Below are positions 37,013-48,928 of a stretch of DNA of 64,000 nt, in pieces; position 1 is the first letter of the stretch, and each line of letters starts with the position of its first letter. Both the position numbers and the translations under genes were made by a program. The stretch is from a bacterium (GTDB lineage: Bacteria > CLD3 > SB21). The DNA lies in assembly GCA_013360215.1 (NCBI GenBank), contig JABWCP010000002.1, forward strand, positions 177,816 to 241,815. Direction: 5' to 3'. A model generated the notes under the pieces. The model ran no database searches. It saw only the letters and a list, made by a program, of their open reading frames with translations, and had not been told where the DNA came from.

Positions 37013-38482
37013 TTAGATATATTCGCCGAAAAGCGTGTGGCCGTCGGCACGTGCGATACGAATACGAGCATACTCACCGATGGTTTTATCGGACTTAGGA
37101 ATAATGATAATCTGCCCTTTGTCAGTACGCGCGCAATAATAATTATCCGATTTGCGGCTAACTTCTTCGATTAATACTTCGCGTTCTTTACCGATCTCAC
37201 GGTGCAAAGATTTTAAACCGTTTTCCTTTTGCACTTCAATTATCTGTTGCAAGCGTCGCGACTTCTCCGCTTCTGTTACATCATCGGGCATAGTATACGC
37301 TTTAGTGCCGATACGCGCCGAATATTTAAACATAAATGCCGAGTCAAATTGTACCGTACGAAACAGTTCCACGGTATCCAAATGATCACGTTCAGTTTCC
37401 GATGGAAATCCGGTGATAATATCGGTTGAAATGGACACATCCGGAATTATGCGACGCACTGTATCAATAAGTTTAAGATATTCTTCGCGTGTATATGTAC
37501 GGTTCATAAGTTCCAAAATACGATTGGAACCCGATTGCACAGGAATATGAAGCTGTTTGCAAATATTATCGCGTTGTGCGATGATGTGCAGAAGATGTTC
37601 AGGGAAATCCTTTGGATGCGGAGAAGTAAACCGAATCCTACGCACTCCAGGCACTTCACTGACGCGATTCATCAACTCAGCAAAATCCTTTTGTTCCGGA
37701 TCACGGTATGAATTGACATTTTGGCCCAATAACCCAATTTCTGTATAACCCTGCGCTACAGCTTTGTGTACTTCTTCGACTATACTTTCAACGGAACGAC
37801 TGCGCTCCCGGCCCCGCGTATAAGGAACCACACAAAATGTGCAAAAATTATCACATCCCCGCATGATCGCTATCCACGCCGTGATTTTACCAAGTCGCAA
37901 TGGTTCAACCTGATCATACACCTCCGTGCGCGACAAACGCGTATCCATTTGAAGAGGTTTTAATTGAAAATCACGATATTCGGATAAACTGAAGTCCTCA
38001 GCGTGTTGGGCTGGCAAGCGTATCTGTACAAGATTTTGCGAAGCTTGTTTTTTTTCTATTAACTCCGGAATTTTACGATACGAATCCGGTCCTAAAACGA
38101 CATTGACGTACGGGCGTTTGGCGTGGATTTCTTCTTCAAGATGTTTTGCCATACAACCCAAAACACCAATGATGAGATGAGGTTTCTCTTCTTTGAGTTT
38201 TTTAAATCGCGTTAACTGACCCCACACGCGCTGCTCGGCATTCTCACGAATAGCACATGTATTCATAAAAATCGCATCGGCCGTTTCATAATCATCCACT
38301 AGATCATAATCCATATCGCGCATAATGCTGGCGACCAACTCCGAATCATACACATTCATCTGACAACCGTAGGTTTCTAAATATAAACGTTTACGGCTGC
38401 CTTGGAGGCGCGAACGTACATCGGCAATGGATTCAGGTGTATGAATCTCTTCAAAGGCTGTATCGGACATGGGATTACTCAT
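37013..38482 (-). CDS. miaB: tRNA-2-methylthio-N6-dimethylallyladenosine synthase
   Basis: ETYGCQMN..DSE, NTCAIRENAE, GCDNFCTFC..PYTRGRE.SR, LLGQNVNSY and TRAM domain. Confidence 0.95.
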   Translation of the reverse strand: MSNPMSDTAFEEIHTPESIADVRSRLQGSRKRLYLETYGCQMNVYDSELVASIMRDMDYDLVDDYETADAIFMNTCAIRENAEQRVWGQLTRFKKLKEEKPHLIIGVLGCMAKHLEEEIHAKRPYVNVVLGPDSYRKIPELIEKKQASQNLVQIRLPAQHAEDFSLSEYRDFQLKPLQMDTRLSRTEVYDQVEPLRLGKITAWIAIMRGCDNFCTFCVVPYTRGRERSRSVESIVEEVHKAVAQGYTEIGLLGQNVNSYRDPEQKDFAELMNRVSEVPGVRRIRFTSPHPKDFPEHLLHIIAQRDNICKQLHIPVQSGSNRILELMNRTYTREEYLKLIDTVRRIIPDVSISTDIITGFPSETERDHLDTVELFRTVQFDSAFMFKYSARIGTKAYTMPDDVTEAEKSRRLQQIIEVQKENGLKSLHREIGKEREVLIEEVSRKSDNYYCARTDKGQIIIIPKSDKTIGEYARIRIARADGHTLFGEYI

Positions 38483-39029
38483 TGATCAGAGAGTCCGTAA
38501 GGCTGAGTGCAATTCCAGAGAGCATGACTTCCGGCCCCAGAGTGGTAAGATCACCGGACAGCATTTCCGTATCCACATTGGCATATAATGAGCAGGCTGC
38601 CCCTTTTTCTATCGTAAGACCGGAAAGTTTTCCATTCTGTACGCCAACAAAAGTTACTTCATTCAATAGTTCGCTGACGACATAACCGCTGCAAAAATGA
38701 AGTTGCAGATGCGCGTTGGGTGTATATACAGTGATAAGCGTCCCCTTACGACGGCCAATCGGGATCTCCGGATATATTTCCAATGTAAGTTTTCGCCCCT
38801 CGGCCTGATTTTCAAGATACATTCTGTAATGATCGCCAAAATCCTGTTTCTCCACTCCCAAACTTTTGGCAATGCGTTCCACATCTACCGGCGACAAATT
38901 AAATTTATGTTCATCTTCTGATTTGGCTTTTTTTGTTTTGAGCGCAACGGAACGTGCTTTATCAGTTTTTTTATTTTCCGATTTAACGCGTTTGGAAACT
39001 GCGGGTTGAGTTTTCTTTTTCTTTTTCAT
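38475..39029 (-). CDS. Hypothetical protein with a Lys-rich N-terminal tail
   Basis: Open frame overlapping both neighbours (coupled). No family recognised. Confidence 0.75.
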   Translation of the reverse strand: MKKKKKTQPAVSKRVKSENKKTDKARSVALKTKKAKSEDEHKFNLSPVDVERIAKSLGVEKQDFGDHYRMYLENQAEGRKLTLEIYPEIPIGRRKGTLITVYTPNAHLQLHFCSGYVVSELLNEVTFVGVQNGKLSGLTIEKGAACSLYANVDTEMLSGDLTTLGPEVMLSGIALSLTDSLINE

Positions 39030-40462
39030 GATTGTGTATTTTGTGTATCTACAATTACTGCGCCTAAATCATTGTCTATGGAACGATTTTTTCGCAGAAG
39101 TTCAGATTCTTTTAATTCCTGTTCGATTTGTGGAAACGTATAGCGTACATCCCCGTTATTATTCAATGTAGTTTCACCGTTAAAATCTCTCAACATGCTA
39201 TCCAAAGCCTCCTGGACATCGTGTTTTTTGAGAACTTCTTCCCCTTTGGATTTACCGTTGATATAAGTTACAACTTCATCCACGGTTGCTGAGGCCGACG
39301 GTATCGAAAACAAATACCGCATAATTCGTTTCCGTACATTCATCGCCCGTCGGTTTCGTTTTTGTTTAATTATAGCAAACGAACGAAACAACGGTATAAT
39401 AAAGAATATCAGTGAAAAAACAAAGGGAACCCATCCTAAAAACACGCCGATCCATGGGGATTCATTCATCCATGGCATATCCTCGAGAGGCCGGTAATAC
39501 GTTTTTAGAATAAGCACGGAAAAAGCCAAATTAAAAATATTCATGAAACTGATAAGCGCATTGCGTCCGGTCGTATTGCCCGTCAGTTCATAATCAGGTT
39601 CATATTCATCCCAGTAATATTCAATTGCGCCATCCTGCGCACTTTCTTTTTTTCGTGTGATCTGATCAAAGCGTCCGTAGATAACTCCGTTGTCGGTAAA
39701 CAAAATTTCGCCTTGGAATCGCACAATACAATCGGATAAAAACGATTCCGCTTTCTCCCTCGTCCAACCGGCTAATGCAATAAGTTCGGCCGGTGTTATG
39801 ATCCCTTTTTCACGCCGTAGATACGCCGCCACTTCACGGGCGTTGGCTAACGGATCTATTTGAACGCGTTCCGGACCGAATACAAAATCATACACGGAGG
39901 CCATGAAGCTTTTTTTGTTTTCGTTGAGCGGTGACGGGCGGGGTGTATAGTTTTTGTAACGGTATCCGCGATTATCCACTTTGTATCCGATATCACCGGT
40001 GATAGTACGCCAACGGAAAATGGAAAAAAACACATCAAAGATCTTACCCAAATTGACCGGCGATCGTTTACTGTCTTTGCTGGCAGCAACGGCGGCAACG
40101 ACCATGGCGATCAATAGAACTAAAAAGATACCGAAATAAACGACCAACGTGATCGCGATCCAAGCCTTATAGAACCATGTAAAAATTTTCCAAAAAATTT
40201 GGCCGATGGCCGCAACATAATCTTTCCATGTCTTAGCGCCGCGACGACGCAAGGAGGCGCCGAACCCATATATCAGATCGCCGTTTTCCGTGAGCCGCAG
40301 CCGGCAATCGTATTTTGCCATCATGGCATCTAATGCCGACTTGGCTTCATCTACGGACAATCCGGAAACGGCCGAGGCATCCGCGAGTGTAAAATCACCT
40401 TTGAATGCACTAACCTTGCTTTCCAGCAGTTTGATAGCTTTTTCGATATCAGTTTGTAACAT
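39026..40462 (-). CDS. Membrane protein with three internal winged-helix-like repeats
   Basis: Two hydrophobic segments, plus three repeats ending in (E/D/N)NG.(L/I/V).Y.F (see findings). Confidence 0.75.
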   Translation of the reverse strand: MLQTDIEKAIKLLESKVSAFKGDFTLADASAVSGLSVDEAKSALDAMMAKYDCRLRLTENGDLIYGFGASLRRRGAKTWKDYVAAIGQIFWKIFTWFYKAWIAITLVVYFGIFLVLLIAMVVAAVAASKDSKRSPVNLGKIFDVFFSIFRWRTITGDIGYKVDNRGYRYKNYTPRPSPLNENKKSFMASVYDFVFGPERVQIDPLANAREVAAYLRREKGIITPAELIALAGWTREKAESFLSDCIVRFQGEILFTDNGVIYGRFDQITRKKESAQDGAIEYYWDEYEPDYELTGNTTGRNALISFMNIFNLAFSVLILKTYYRPLEDMPWMNESPWIGVFLGWVPFVFSLIFFIIPLFRSFAIIKQKRNRRAMNVRKRIMRYLFSIPSASATVDEVVTYINGKSKGEEVLKKHDVQEALDSMLRDFNGETTLNNNGDVRYTFPQIEQELKESELLRKNRSIDNDLGAVIVDTQNTQS

Positions 40463-40572
40463 AATGTGTTCGTTTGAATGGCGAGAATGTATGGCACTTG
40501 ATGCATAAATTCAACCCATAAAAATACCTTTCGCCTTGCGCAGTATAGCCTCTTTTGATATATTGCGCCGCC

Positions 40573-41253
40573 ATGCAAAACACTATACTTCGCGACACAC
40601 TTAAGGTCAACGAAATTTTCTACAGCATCCAGGGCGAATCTACGCACGCCGGTAAGCCGTGTGTATTTGTGCGTTTGACGTACTGTAACCTGCGCTGCAC
40701 ATACTGTGATACGGAATACGCATTTTATAGCGGGCGGGATATGACCGTTGAAGACGCCATTCAGACAATTCAATCATATAACTGTAAAACCGTTGAAGTG
40801 ACCGGCGGCGAGCCTCTTTTGCAAGAACGTGTTTACGATTTGATGATGCGGCTCTGCGATATGGGATTTGAGGTATTGATCGAAACCGGTGGCAGTCTTA
40901 ATGTTGAAAAAATCGATCCCCGTGTACTGAAAATCGTTGATATGAAGTGCCCCTCTTCCGGTATGCAGGAAAAAAATTATTACCCTAACCTGAACAAACT
41001 ATTACCGACGGATGAATTAAAATTTGTTATCGGCGATCGTAATGATTACGAATGGGCGAAGGCATTGATTGCTCAATATCCGCATACAAAACAAATTAAT
41101 TCTATACTTTTTTCGCCGGTATTTGGCACTATCGAACCGGTTTCTATGGTCAACTGGATGCTGGAAGATAAACTTCAAACGATAGCGCCTAATATTCGTT
41201 TTCAGATACAGTTACACAAGGTGATATGGTCACCGGAAACGCGTGGTGTATAA
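40573..41253 (+). CDS. queE: 7-carboxy-7-deazaguanine synthase (radical SAM)
   Basis: EIFYSIQGE, FVRL..CNLRCTYCDT, TGGEPL, IETGG and QLHK..W. Confidence 0.95.
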   Translation: MQNTILRDTLKVNEIFYSIQGESTHAGKPCVFVRLTYCNLRCTYCDTEYAFYSGRDMTVEDAIQTIQSYNCKTVEVTGGEPLLQERVYDLMMRLCDMGFEVLIETGGSLNVEKIDPRVLKIVDMKCPSSGMQEKNYYPNLNKLLPTDELKFVIGDRNDYEWAKALIAQYPHTKQINSILFSPVFGTIEPVSMVNWMLEDKLQTIAPNIRFQIQLHKVIWSPETRGV

Positions 41254-41687
41254 TGACACAAACCGTCAAAATCGCAAAAGAATTTCACTGGGAAATGGCC
41301 CATCGCCTGCCTTATCATACGGGCGGTTGTCAGAATATTCACGGCCACTCTTATATTCTATGGGTCGAAATCGAAGGACAACCTCAGGAAAACGGTATGT
41401 TGCTTGACTATGCAGAAATTAAACGAATTGTGAAACCGATGATTGACACGCTCGACCATGGTTTTATATGCAGCAGTGACGATACGGCAGTTCTTGCGTT
41501 TCTGAACAACTCAAAATTCAAAATGACTATCGTTGATTTTTATACGACCGCTGAGAATTTGTGTTATTATTTTGCGGACGCCATCGAAAAAGAAATAATA
41601 AAATATCCTCATGTTCATTCCATGAAAATTAGAATTTGCGAAACGCGTTCGTCGTACGCCGAAATAACCCGATCCCTGAAACGATGA
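41253..41687 (+). CDS. queD: 6-carboxy-5,6,7,8-tetrahydropterin synthase
   Basis: EMAHRL...GC.NIHGHSY, LDHGF, TTAEN and ET..SYA. TAATG overlap with queE. Confidence 0.92.
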   Translation: MTQTVKIAKEFHWEMAHRLPYHTGGCQNIHGHSYILWVEIEGQPQENGMLLDYAEIKRIVKPMIDTLDHGFICSSDDTAVLAFLNNSKFKMTIVDFYTTAENLCYYFADAIEKEIIKYPHVHSMKIRICETRSSYAEITRSLKR

Positions 41688-42388
41688 CAACGGATACCCA
41701 TTCTACATTGGCCGTCGTCCTCGCAAGTGGCGGACTGGACAGTTGTGTCACGACGGCTATTGCGTCACAAACTCACGCGCTTGCAATGTTGCATGTCAAC
41801 TATGGTCAGCGTACAGAAAAACGCGAACTGCGCTCTTTTAACGATATTTGCAATTATTATAGTGTTCTACCCTCTCGACGCTTGATCGTTAATATCGAGC
41901 ACCTAAAGCAAATTGGCGGTTCCAGTCTGACCGATAATTCGATTCCTGTCTCATCGGCTGACCTTCATAATAAAAACATCCCCAGTTCTTATGTGCCTTT
42001 TCGCAATGCCAATATTTTAGCCATGGCCGTAAGTTGGGCCGAGACGATCAAAGCCGAAAAAATTTATATAGGCGCCGTACAGGAAGATTCCAGCGGTTAC
42101 CCTGATTGCCGATCGGATTTTTTTGAAGCATACAATCAAATGATTCGGTTGGGCACCAAACCGGGTTCGGGAATTGAAATCATCACCCCAATCATTCATT
42201 TGCAAAAGTCGGAAATTGTCCGCGAGGGACTGCATCTGAATGCCCCGCTATCGCTTACATGGTCGTGCTACCAATCGGAAGATGAGGCGTGTGGGGTTTG
42301 CGACAGTTGTGCATTACGCTTACGGGGATTTCAATCTGCGGGCATTGAAGATCCGATCTTATATCGGGTAAGACCAAAATATGATTAG
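41684..42388 (+). CDS. queC: 7-cyano-7-deazaguanine synthase
   Basis: SGGLDS, YGQR...[21 protein letters not shown] and CGVCDSC.LR. ATGA overlap with queD. Confidence 0.96.
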   Translation: MTTDTHSTLAVVLASGGLDSCVTTAIASQTHALAMLHVNYGQRTEKRELRSFNDICNYYSVLPSRRLIVNIEHLKQIGGSSLTDNSIPVSSADLHNKNIPSSYVPFRNANILAMAVSWAETIKAEKIYIGAVQEDSSGYPDCRSDFFEAYNQMIRLGTKPGSGIEIITPIIHLQKSEIVREGLHLNAPLSLTWSCYQSEDEACGVCDSCALRLRGFQSAGIEDPILYRVRPKYD

Positions 42389-42497
42389 TTGATCTGTTTG
42401 CATTCGATTTTCGTAGTATCAGTCTCGTATTAATTTAATTGAGGGAGTTTGTTGCGAGGCACTTTAGAGTTTTATACGTTCCAATAGAGCTACCAAA

Positions 42498-42530
42498 ACA
42501 AAAAAGCCGACTTAAAATCGGCTTTTTTGT
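42498..42530. terminator. Bidirectional terminator (queC and tRNA-Ser)
   Basis: ACAAAAAAGCCGA-N7-TCGGCTTTTTTGT. Confidence 0.85.
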
Positions 42531-42622
42531 TGGCGGAGAGGGTGAGATTCGAACTCACGGTACCCTTTTGGGGGTACACACGCTTTCCAGGCGTGACAGT
42601 TAAACCACTCCTGCACCTCTCC
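42531..42622 (-). tRNA. tRNA-Ser(GGA), encoded CCA
   Basis: GGAGAGG acceptor stem, anticodon arm CACGC-CTGGAAA-GCGTG, long variable arm, GTTCGAATC T-loop, ends GCCA. Confidence 0.97.
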
Positions 42623-42715
42623 GTGGCTCTTGGCCTCATATTAAACAAACGCTTAATATGAAAATATTTTTATGCGCGCGAAAAATAGACAAGCACGCTC
42701 AATAATGCAAGGAAT

Positions 42716-44179
42716 TTATTGATTTTGCTTTTTTTCAGCGAGTTTTTGCTTCAAAATTTCATTCGTCATGGCCGGATTGGTCCTTCCTTGCGACAGCTTC
42801 ATCACTTGCCCGACAAAATGACCAAACACGGCTTCTTTTCCGCCAAGATATTCCTGCAATTGTTTTTGATTCAATTCAAACATACGATCAATAATTTTTT
42901 CAATCTCTCCGCGGTCCGTGATTTGGAGCAAACCCTTTGTTTTCACGATAGCTTCGGCATCCGCACCATCCTTCGCCATTTCTTCAAATACTATCTTCGC
43001 TATTTTTCCGCTGATCGTATTATCGGATACCATACGAAGTAATTTCCCAAGATTGGCCGGTGAAATGATAAAGGCATCGGCATCCTGTTTGCGCTCCTTC
43101 AACAAAGCCATGACCTCGCCCATAATAAAATTACTGGCCAACTTGCCGTCGCTTACGTGTTTTAGCGTTTCTTCAAAATAATTGGCTAATGATTTACTGA
43201 GCGTCAAAACGTCGGCATCATACTTAGGAATGCCGTATTGTTGAACAAACCGATCCCGACGCGCTCCGGGTAACTCGGACAAACTACCGGCGATTTCATC
43301 CACCCAGGCTTTAGTAACACGTAAAGGTACCAGATCCGGCTCGGGAAAATAACGATAGTCATGCGCTTCTTCTTTGGACCGCAATGCGCGTGACACACCT
43401 TGATTGTCGTCCCACAACAACGTCTGTTGGCTGACACTACCGCCATTTTGCAGAATATCTGTTTGACGGGCCATTTCGTAATTCAAAGCGCGTTCTACCG
43501 CTTTGAATGAATTCATGTTTTTAATTTCTGTTTTGGTGCCAAATTTTTCCTGACCTACGGGACGCATCGATATATTGACATCACACCGCAAGCTGCCCTC
43601 TTCCATATTTCCATCACAAATTTCCAAATACTGTACAGTCTGGCGAATTTTGGTCAGATATGCGACAACCTCAGCCGGAGTCCGAAAGTCTGCTTCCGTT
43701 ACAATTTCTATCAAGGGCGTACCGCAGCGGTTAAGATCAACAAAGGTTTTTTCGCCGCCGGTGAGGGCATCGTCGTGGATAGATTTGCCCGCATCTTCTT
43801 CCATATGTATGCGTTTTATGCGAATACGCTTTACGGCTTCGCCGACTTCGATATCCACCCATCCGTTTTCACATAGAGGTTTGTCAAATTGGGATATTTG
43901 ATAACCTTTAGTCAGATCCGGGTAAAAATAATTTTTTCGAGCAAAAATGCTTTCTTCGGCGATAACGCAATGCGTAGCCAATCCCATACGAATGGCAAAA
44001 TCTACCGCTTTTTTATTGAGCACCGGTAACGCACCGGGCAATGCCAGGCAAACCGGACAAGTTTGCGTATTGGGCATCGCACCGTATTTGGTGCTGCAGG
44101 TACAAAACGCTTTGGATTGGGTAATAAGTTGAGCGTGAACTTCCAGACCCATTACCGGTTCATATTGTATATCGGACAT
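42716..44179 (-). CDS. gatB: Asp/Glu-tRNA amidotransferase subunit B
   Basis: GLEVHAQL, NYFYPDL.KGYQISQ, HMEEDAGK, DLNRCGTPLIEIV and DYRYFPEPDL. Confidence 0.98.
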   Translation of the reverse strand: MSDIQYEPVMGLEVHAQLITQSKAFCTCSTKYGAMPNTQTCPVCLALPGALPVLNKKAVDFAIRMGLATHCVIAEESIFARKNYFYPDLTKGYQISQFDKPLCENGWVDIEVGEAVKRIRIKRIHMEEDAGKSIHDDALTGGEKTFVDLNRCGTPLIEIVTEADFRTPAEVVAYLTKIRQTVQYLEICDGNMEEGSLRCDVNISMRPVGQEKFGTKTEIKNMNSFKAVERALNYEMARQTDILQNGGSVSQQTLLWDDNQGVSRALRSKEEAHDYRYFPEPDLVPLRVTKAWVDEIAGSLSELPGARRDRFVQQYGIPKYDADVLTLSKSLANYFEETLKHVSDGKLASNFIMGEVMALLKERKQDADAFIISPANLGKLLRMVSDNTISGKIAKIVFEEMAKDGADAEAIVKTKGLLQITDRGEIEKIIDRMFELNQKQLQEYLGGKEAVFGHFVGQVMKLSQGRTNPAMTNEILKQKLAEKKQNQ

Positions 44180-44189
44180 ACTATTCCTC

Positions 44190-45476
<1,287 letters not shown>

Positions 45477-45482
45477 TCAGAC

Positions 45483-45520
45483 AAAAAATAACCCAAAACC
45501 TATTGCAGATCTTGGGTTAT
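45483..45520 (-). terminator. Possible terminator between the STAS gene and purA
   Basis: ATAACCCAA/TTGGGTTAT stem with a minus-strand T-run. Confidence 0.5.
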
Positions 45521-45543
45521 TATGTTTAAAAATAATTTAATTT

Positions 45544-45882
45544 TTAGACAAAACTTTTAACCCCGTCATCCACAGAATCGTATTGCTTAAATACGGTCGC
45601 CAATTTTGTTATTTGAAATATCTGTTTGATTTTCGGAGACAGATTGGTCAAGCGTAAATCACCGCCGTTATTTTTTACCGTAGTCAGATTGCTGATCAAA
45701 ATACCCAAGCCTGAGCTATTGATAAGATCAACGGATTGCATATTAACGACAAAATTCTTTTTTCCCTGCTTTATGCGGGTATGAATTTCATCATTAAGCT
45801 GCGTTGCATCCGGGCCGCCCATGATGTTGCCTTTTAATTCCAATACGACAACGCCGTTATTCTCTGCAATATTGTAATCCAT
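45544..45882 (-). CDS. STAS-domain anti-sigma factor antagonist (RsbV/SpoIIAA-like)
   Basis: V..INSSGLG.LI, GG.LRL.N....I..IF.ITKL..VF; SD GAGGT before ATG 45882. Confidence 0.92.
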   Translation of the reverse strand: MDYNIAENNGVVVLELKGNIMGGPDATQLNDEIHTRIKQGKKNFVVNMQSVDLINSSGLGILISNLTTVKNNGGDLRLTNLSPKIKQIFQITKLATVFKQYDSVDDGVKSFV

Positions 45883-45948
45883 AGCGGTAACCTCTAAATT
45901 GACTGGCGTAACATAAACCAAAAAAGCATCACGATCAAGCGCAGATTA

Positions 45949-46839
45949 TTACTTGACTTTAATATCTTCTCCGGCATTCCATTCGATCAGGATCGGACTC
46001 GCCACGTAAATGGATGAATACGTTCCAACGACAATACCGGTCAACAGAGCCCATGCAAATGTGCGAATAACCTCACCGCCGATCATCAGCAATACAATAA
46101 CCGACAACAAGGTTAATGTCGATGTCATCACCGTACGGCTCAGAGTTTCATTAATGCTTTTATTGATGACTTCTCCAAAGGTCGTACCACGTTTGATAAG
46201 GCGTGTATTCTCACGAATACGATCAAATACGACTATGGTATCATTTACGGAGTAACCAATGATGGTCAGCAAAGCGGCAACGGCACCCAGCGAAAACTCA
46301 AGTTGCAACGCGCAAAATAAACCGATGGTGATGATCACATCATGGAACAAAGCCGCCACGGCAGCCATGCCCCATTTCCAATGAAAACGAATCGCAAGGT
46401 AGACAACAATGAATAGAAGTCCCCAAATCGAAGCCCAGATGGCGGAAACTTTAAGTTCATCGCCGATCTTGGGACCAACCTGACTCACCGAACGTAGTTC
46501 AACCGAATTGCCGGGAAAGTTATCGTTCATCAGCTTTAAAACGGTCGGCGCTACTTCGTTATTTTGTTCCAAAACGTGTATTAACACTTCATTTCCATTT
46601 CCGAAGTCCTGAATACGGTCAGAGCTATACTTCGAAGAAACAATGCTGCGAACTTTTTCCAATTCCACTTTGGAATTAAACTTAACTTCGATGGACGTAC
46701 CGCCGACAAAGTCAACGCCGTAATTAAGTCCCCGGAAAAAGAATAACAATAAGCTGATTAAAATGAGTATACCCGAAAAAATGTACGCATTGCGACGCGT
46801 ATCGACAAGCGGGTAATTTTTATTTACAAACAATTCCAT
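45949..46839 (-). CDS. secF: Protein translocase subunit SecF
   Basis: GVDFVGG, VGPKIG.EL, A..HDV and GYSVNDTIVVFDRIREN. Confidence 0.97.
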   Translation of the reverse strand: MELFVNKNYPLVDTRRNAYIFSGILILISLLLFFFRGLNYGVDFVGGTSIEVKFNSKVELEKVRSIVSSKYSSDRIQDFGNGNEVLIHVLEQNNEVAPTVLKLMNDNFPGNSVELRSVSQVGPKIGDELKVSAIWASIWGLLFIVVYLAIRFHWKWGMAAVAALFHDVIITIGLFCALQLEFSLGAVAALLTIIGYSVNDTIVVFDRIRENTRLIKRGTTFGEVINKSINETLSRTVMTSTLTLLSVIVLLMIGGEVIRTFAWALLTGIVVGTYSSIYVASPILIEWNAGEDIKVK

Positions 46840-46868
46840 TATCTGTACTCCTCGAAAATTTCGTTATT

Positions 46869-48803
46869 TTATGCGCTGGTTTTGGTATAGGAAATACCGA
46901 TACTCATCTGACGTTCAATCGTAGAACGATCGTAGATGAGATCCATAATAAAGCGCGACACAAACACACCGGTGAAGATCGTAGTGACGATACCGATCAT
47001 CAGCGTCAAAGCAAAACCTTTGATCGGACCGGTACCAAATTGGAACAACACGATACCTGTACCAAATGTTGTAAGATTGGCATCTACGATCGTAACAAAA
47101 GCTTTTGCAAAACCGGTTTCGATCGCTGCACGCACTGTTTTTCCGAGGCGAATTTCTTCACGAATACGTTCATAAATTAGCACGTTGGCATCAACCGCCA
47201 TACCCATCGTAAGTACGATACCCGCAATACCAGGCAGGGTAAGTGTAAAACCGAAACCAGTGAGAACTCCGAAAAGTAATAGAACGTTGATTACTAATGC
47301 CATATCCGCCACAGCGCCGGACATACGGTAATAAGCCACCATCGCTAAAGCGATAACCACGAAGCCTATCCAAAATGCCATTTTTCCGCTGTCAATCGAA
47401 TCCGCACCCAACGAAGGACCGATCGTACGCTCTTCCATCACGTGAACCGGCGCGGGCAGTGAACCGGCACGCAGCGCAATAGCAAGGCTCTTGGCTTCGA
47501 TGAGGTTTTCCATGCCTGTGATTTGCGTGTTACCGCCTGAAATTTTTTCCTGAATATTCGGAGCGGATTGAACTTTGTTATCAAGAACAACGGCAATGCG
47601 TTTGCCGACATTAGCACCGGTAACGATCGCCCACCGTTTACTGCCTTCGGGTGTCATTTTAAGCGTAACGATCGGGCGTCCGGCCAATCCCGGATCCATG
47701 CCCTGATAAATATCCTGTTTCGCTTCGGTGATCACGGCGCCCGATAATTCGGGTTGTTTTTTCACCAAATACAACGCGTGGTGGCCTTCAAAAATAGGTT
47801 TTGAGCTGAAGATGATATCATTGGATTCACCGATCACCTGTTGTACGCCCGGCTTCATTTTGACACGTTCGCCGACCTGATAATAGAGCATGGACTTAAC
47901 GTATTCAAAATTATTTTCGGGAACCAATACATCATATTGAGACGAAACCAAAAGTTTCGTTAATGGTTTATCTAGATTAGCGAGTGCGGAAGAATCTTTT
48001 TGTGAGGAATCGGAAGAAGACTTTTGAAGTTCCGCCGACAACCCTGTACCGCCATCCGATGATTTTTTCGACGTATCGGCCGAAATGGCACCGGCGCTGA
48101 TTTTGCCGCTAACCGTATCTACTTTTGCAAAATACACATCCAAGCGTTCCAACGCTGTACCCAAATCCTGCGGATCTTTGACCAGTTTAAATTCAAGCAA
48201 CGCCGTTTGCTGTATCAGATTTTTAGCTTGAGCCGGATCTTCGACGCCCGGTAATTCCACGATTATACGATGGTCGCCTTGCTTTTGAATGGTGGGTTCG
48301 CTCACACCGAATTGATCAACACGATTACGAATGATCTGCTGTGCTCGGTCCACGGCATCTTTGGATTGCTCATCCATAAACTTAACTACGTCCGCATTGT
48401 CCTTGAAGCGTTCACCCCAATAGGCCGGCATAGACAATTTTGCTTCTTCAAAATGAGCACGTAGAACATTGGAAAAAACGGCATCCGGATTTTTACGGTA
48501 TTCTTCAGCCGCTTTTTCAAAAACCCGTGTAAACTCGGCATCCTTGGTTTTGGCTATACTCTCATAGAGCGTTACCACATCCGTTTCCATCACAAGATGT
48601 ATACCGCCTTTGAGGTCAAGACCTAAATTGATAGATTTGGACTGCAGTTCATTAAGCTCTTTCGTGCCTTCGGGCGTTTTGAGCATTTCTTTTTTCTGTG
48701 CATCAGACAAATTATAAAATTTGAATGAAGGCCAAAGCGCGAACAGCGATAAGGCTGCACAGACCACAATGATCACCGCTCTGACATTTTTACTCTTAAT
48801 CAT
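46869..48803 (-). CDS. secD: Protein translocase subunit SecD
   Basis: LGLDLKGG, RVDQFGVSEP, I.VELPG, ALRAGSLP and GMAVDANVLIYERIREE. Confidence 0.97.
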   Translation of the reverse strand: MIKSKNVRAVIIVVCAALSLFALWPSFKFYNLSDAQKKEMLKTPEGTKELNELQSKSINLGLDLKGGIHLVMETDVVTLYESIAKTKDAEFTRVFEKAAEEYRKNPDAVFSNVLRAHFEEAKLSMPAYWGERFKDNADVVKFMDEQSKDAVDRAQQIIRNRVDQFGVSEPTIQKQGDHRIIVELPGVEDPAQAKNLIQQTALLEFKLVKDPQDLGTALERLDVYFAKVDTVSGKISAGAISADTSKKSSDGGTGLSAELQKSSSDSSQKDSSALANLDKPLTKLLVSSQYDVLVPENNFEYVKSMLYYQVGERVKMKPGVQQVIGESNDIIFSSKPIFEGHHALYLVKKQPELSGAVITEAKQDIYQGMDPGLAGRPIVTLKMTPEGSKRWAIVTGANVGKRIAVVLDNKVQSAPNIQEKISGGNTQITGMENLIEAKSLAIALRAGSLPAPVHVMEERTIGPSLGADSIDSGKMAFWIGFVVIALAMVAYYRMSGAVADMALVINVLLLFGVLTGFGFTLTLPGIAGIVLTMGMAVDANVLIYERIREEIRLGKTVRAAIETGFAKAFVTIVDANLTTFGTGIVLFQFGTGPIKGFALTLMIGIVTTIFTGVFVSRFIMDLIYDRSTIERQMSIGISYTKTSA

Positions 48804-48869
48804 TCGTTCAGATCCTCCGATAAATCTATTAAGTATTTAATTATCAGCAGTTTTGAAAAAAACGCGCCT

Positions 48870-48898
48870 AATATAGATGGCCGTATTCATAATGTCAA
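48870..48898 (-). promoter_or_regulatory. sigma70-type promoter for secDF (TTGACA-N17-TATATT)
   Basis: Perfect -35 with 17-nt spacer. Confidence 0.7.
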
Positions 48899-48928
48899 GT
48901 TTATTCAAAATGAAGGAATGTACCTCAT

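Noticed and set aside
40573-42388. queEDC as a DNA 7-deazaguanine modification (dpd) or QatABCD anti-phage island
   Set aside because: No dpdA/tgt-like, TatD or ATPase partners are adjacent. It is an ordinary preQ0 pathway next to a tRNA gene.
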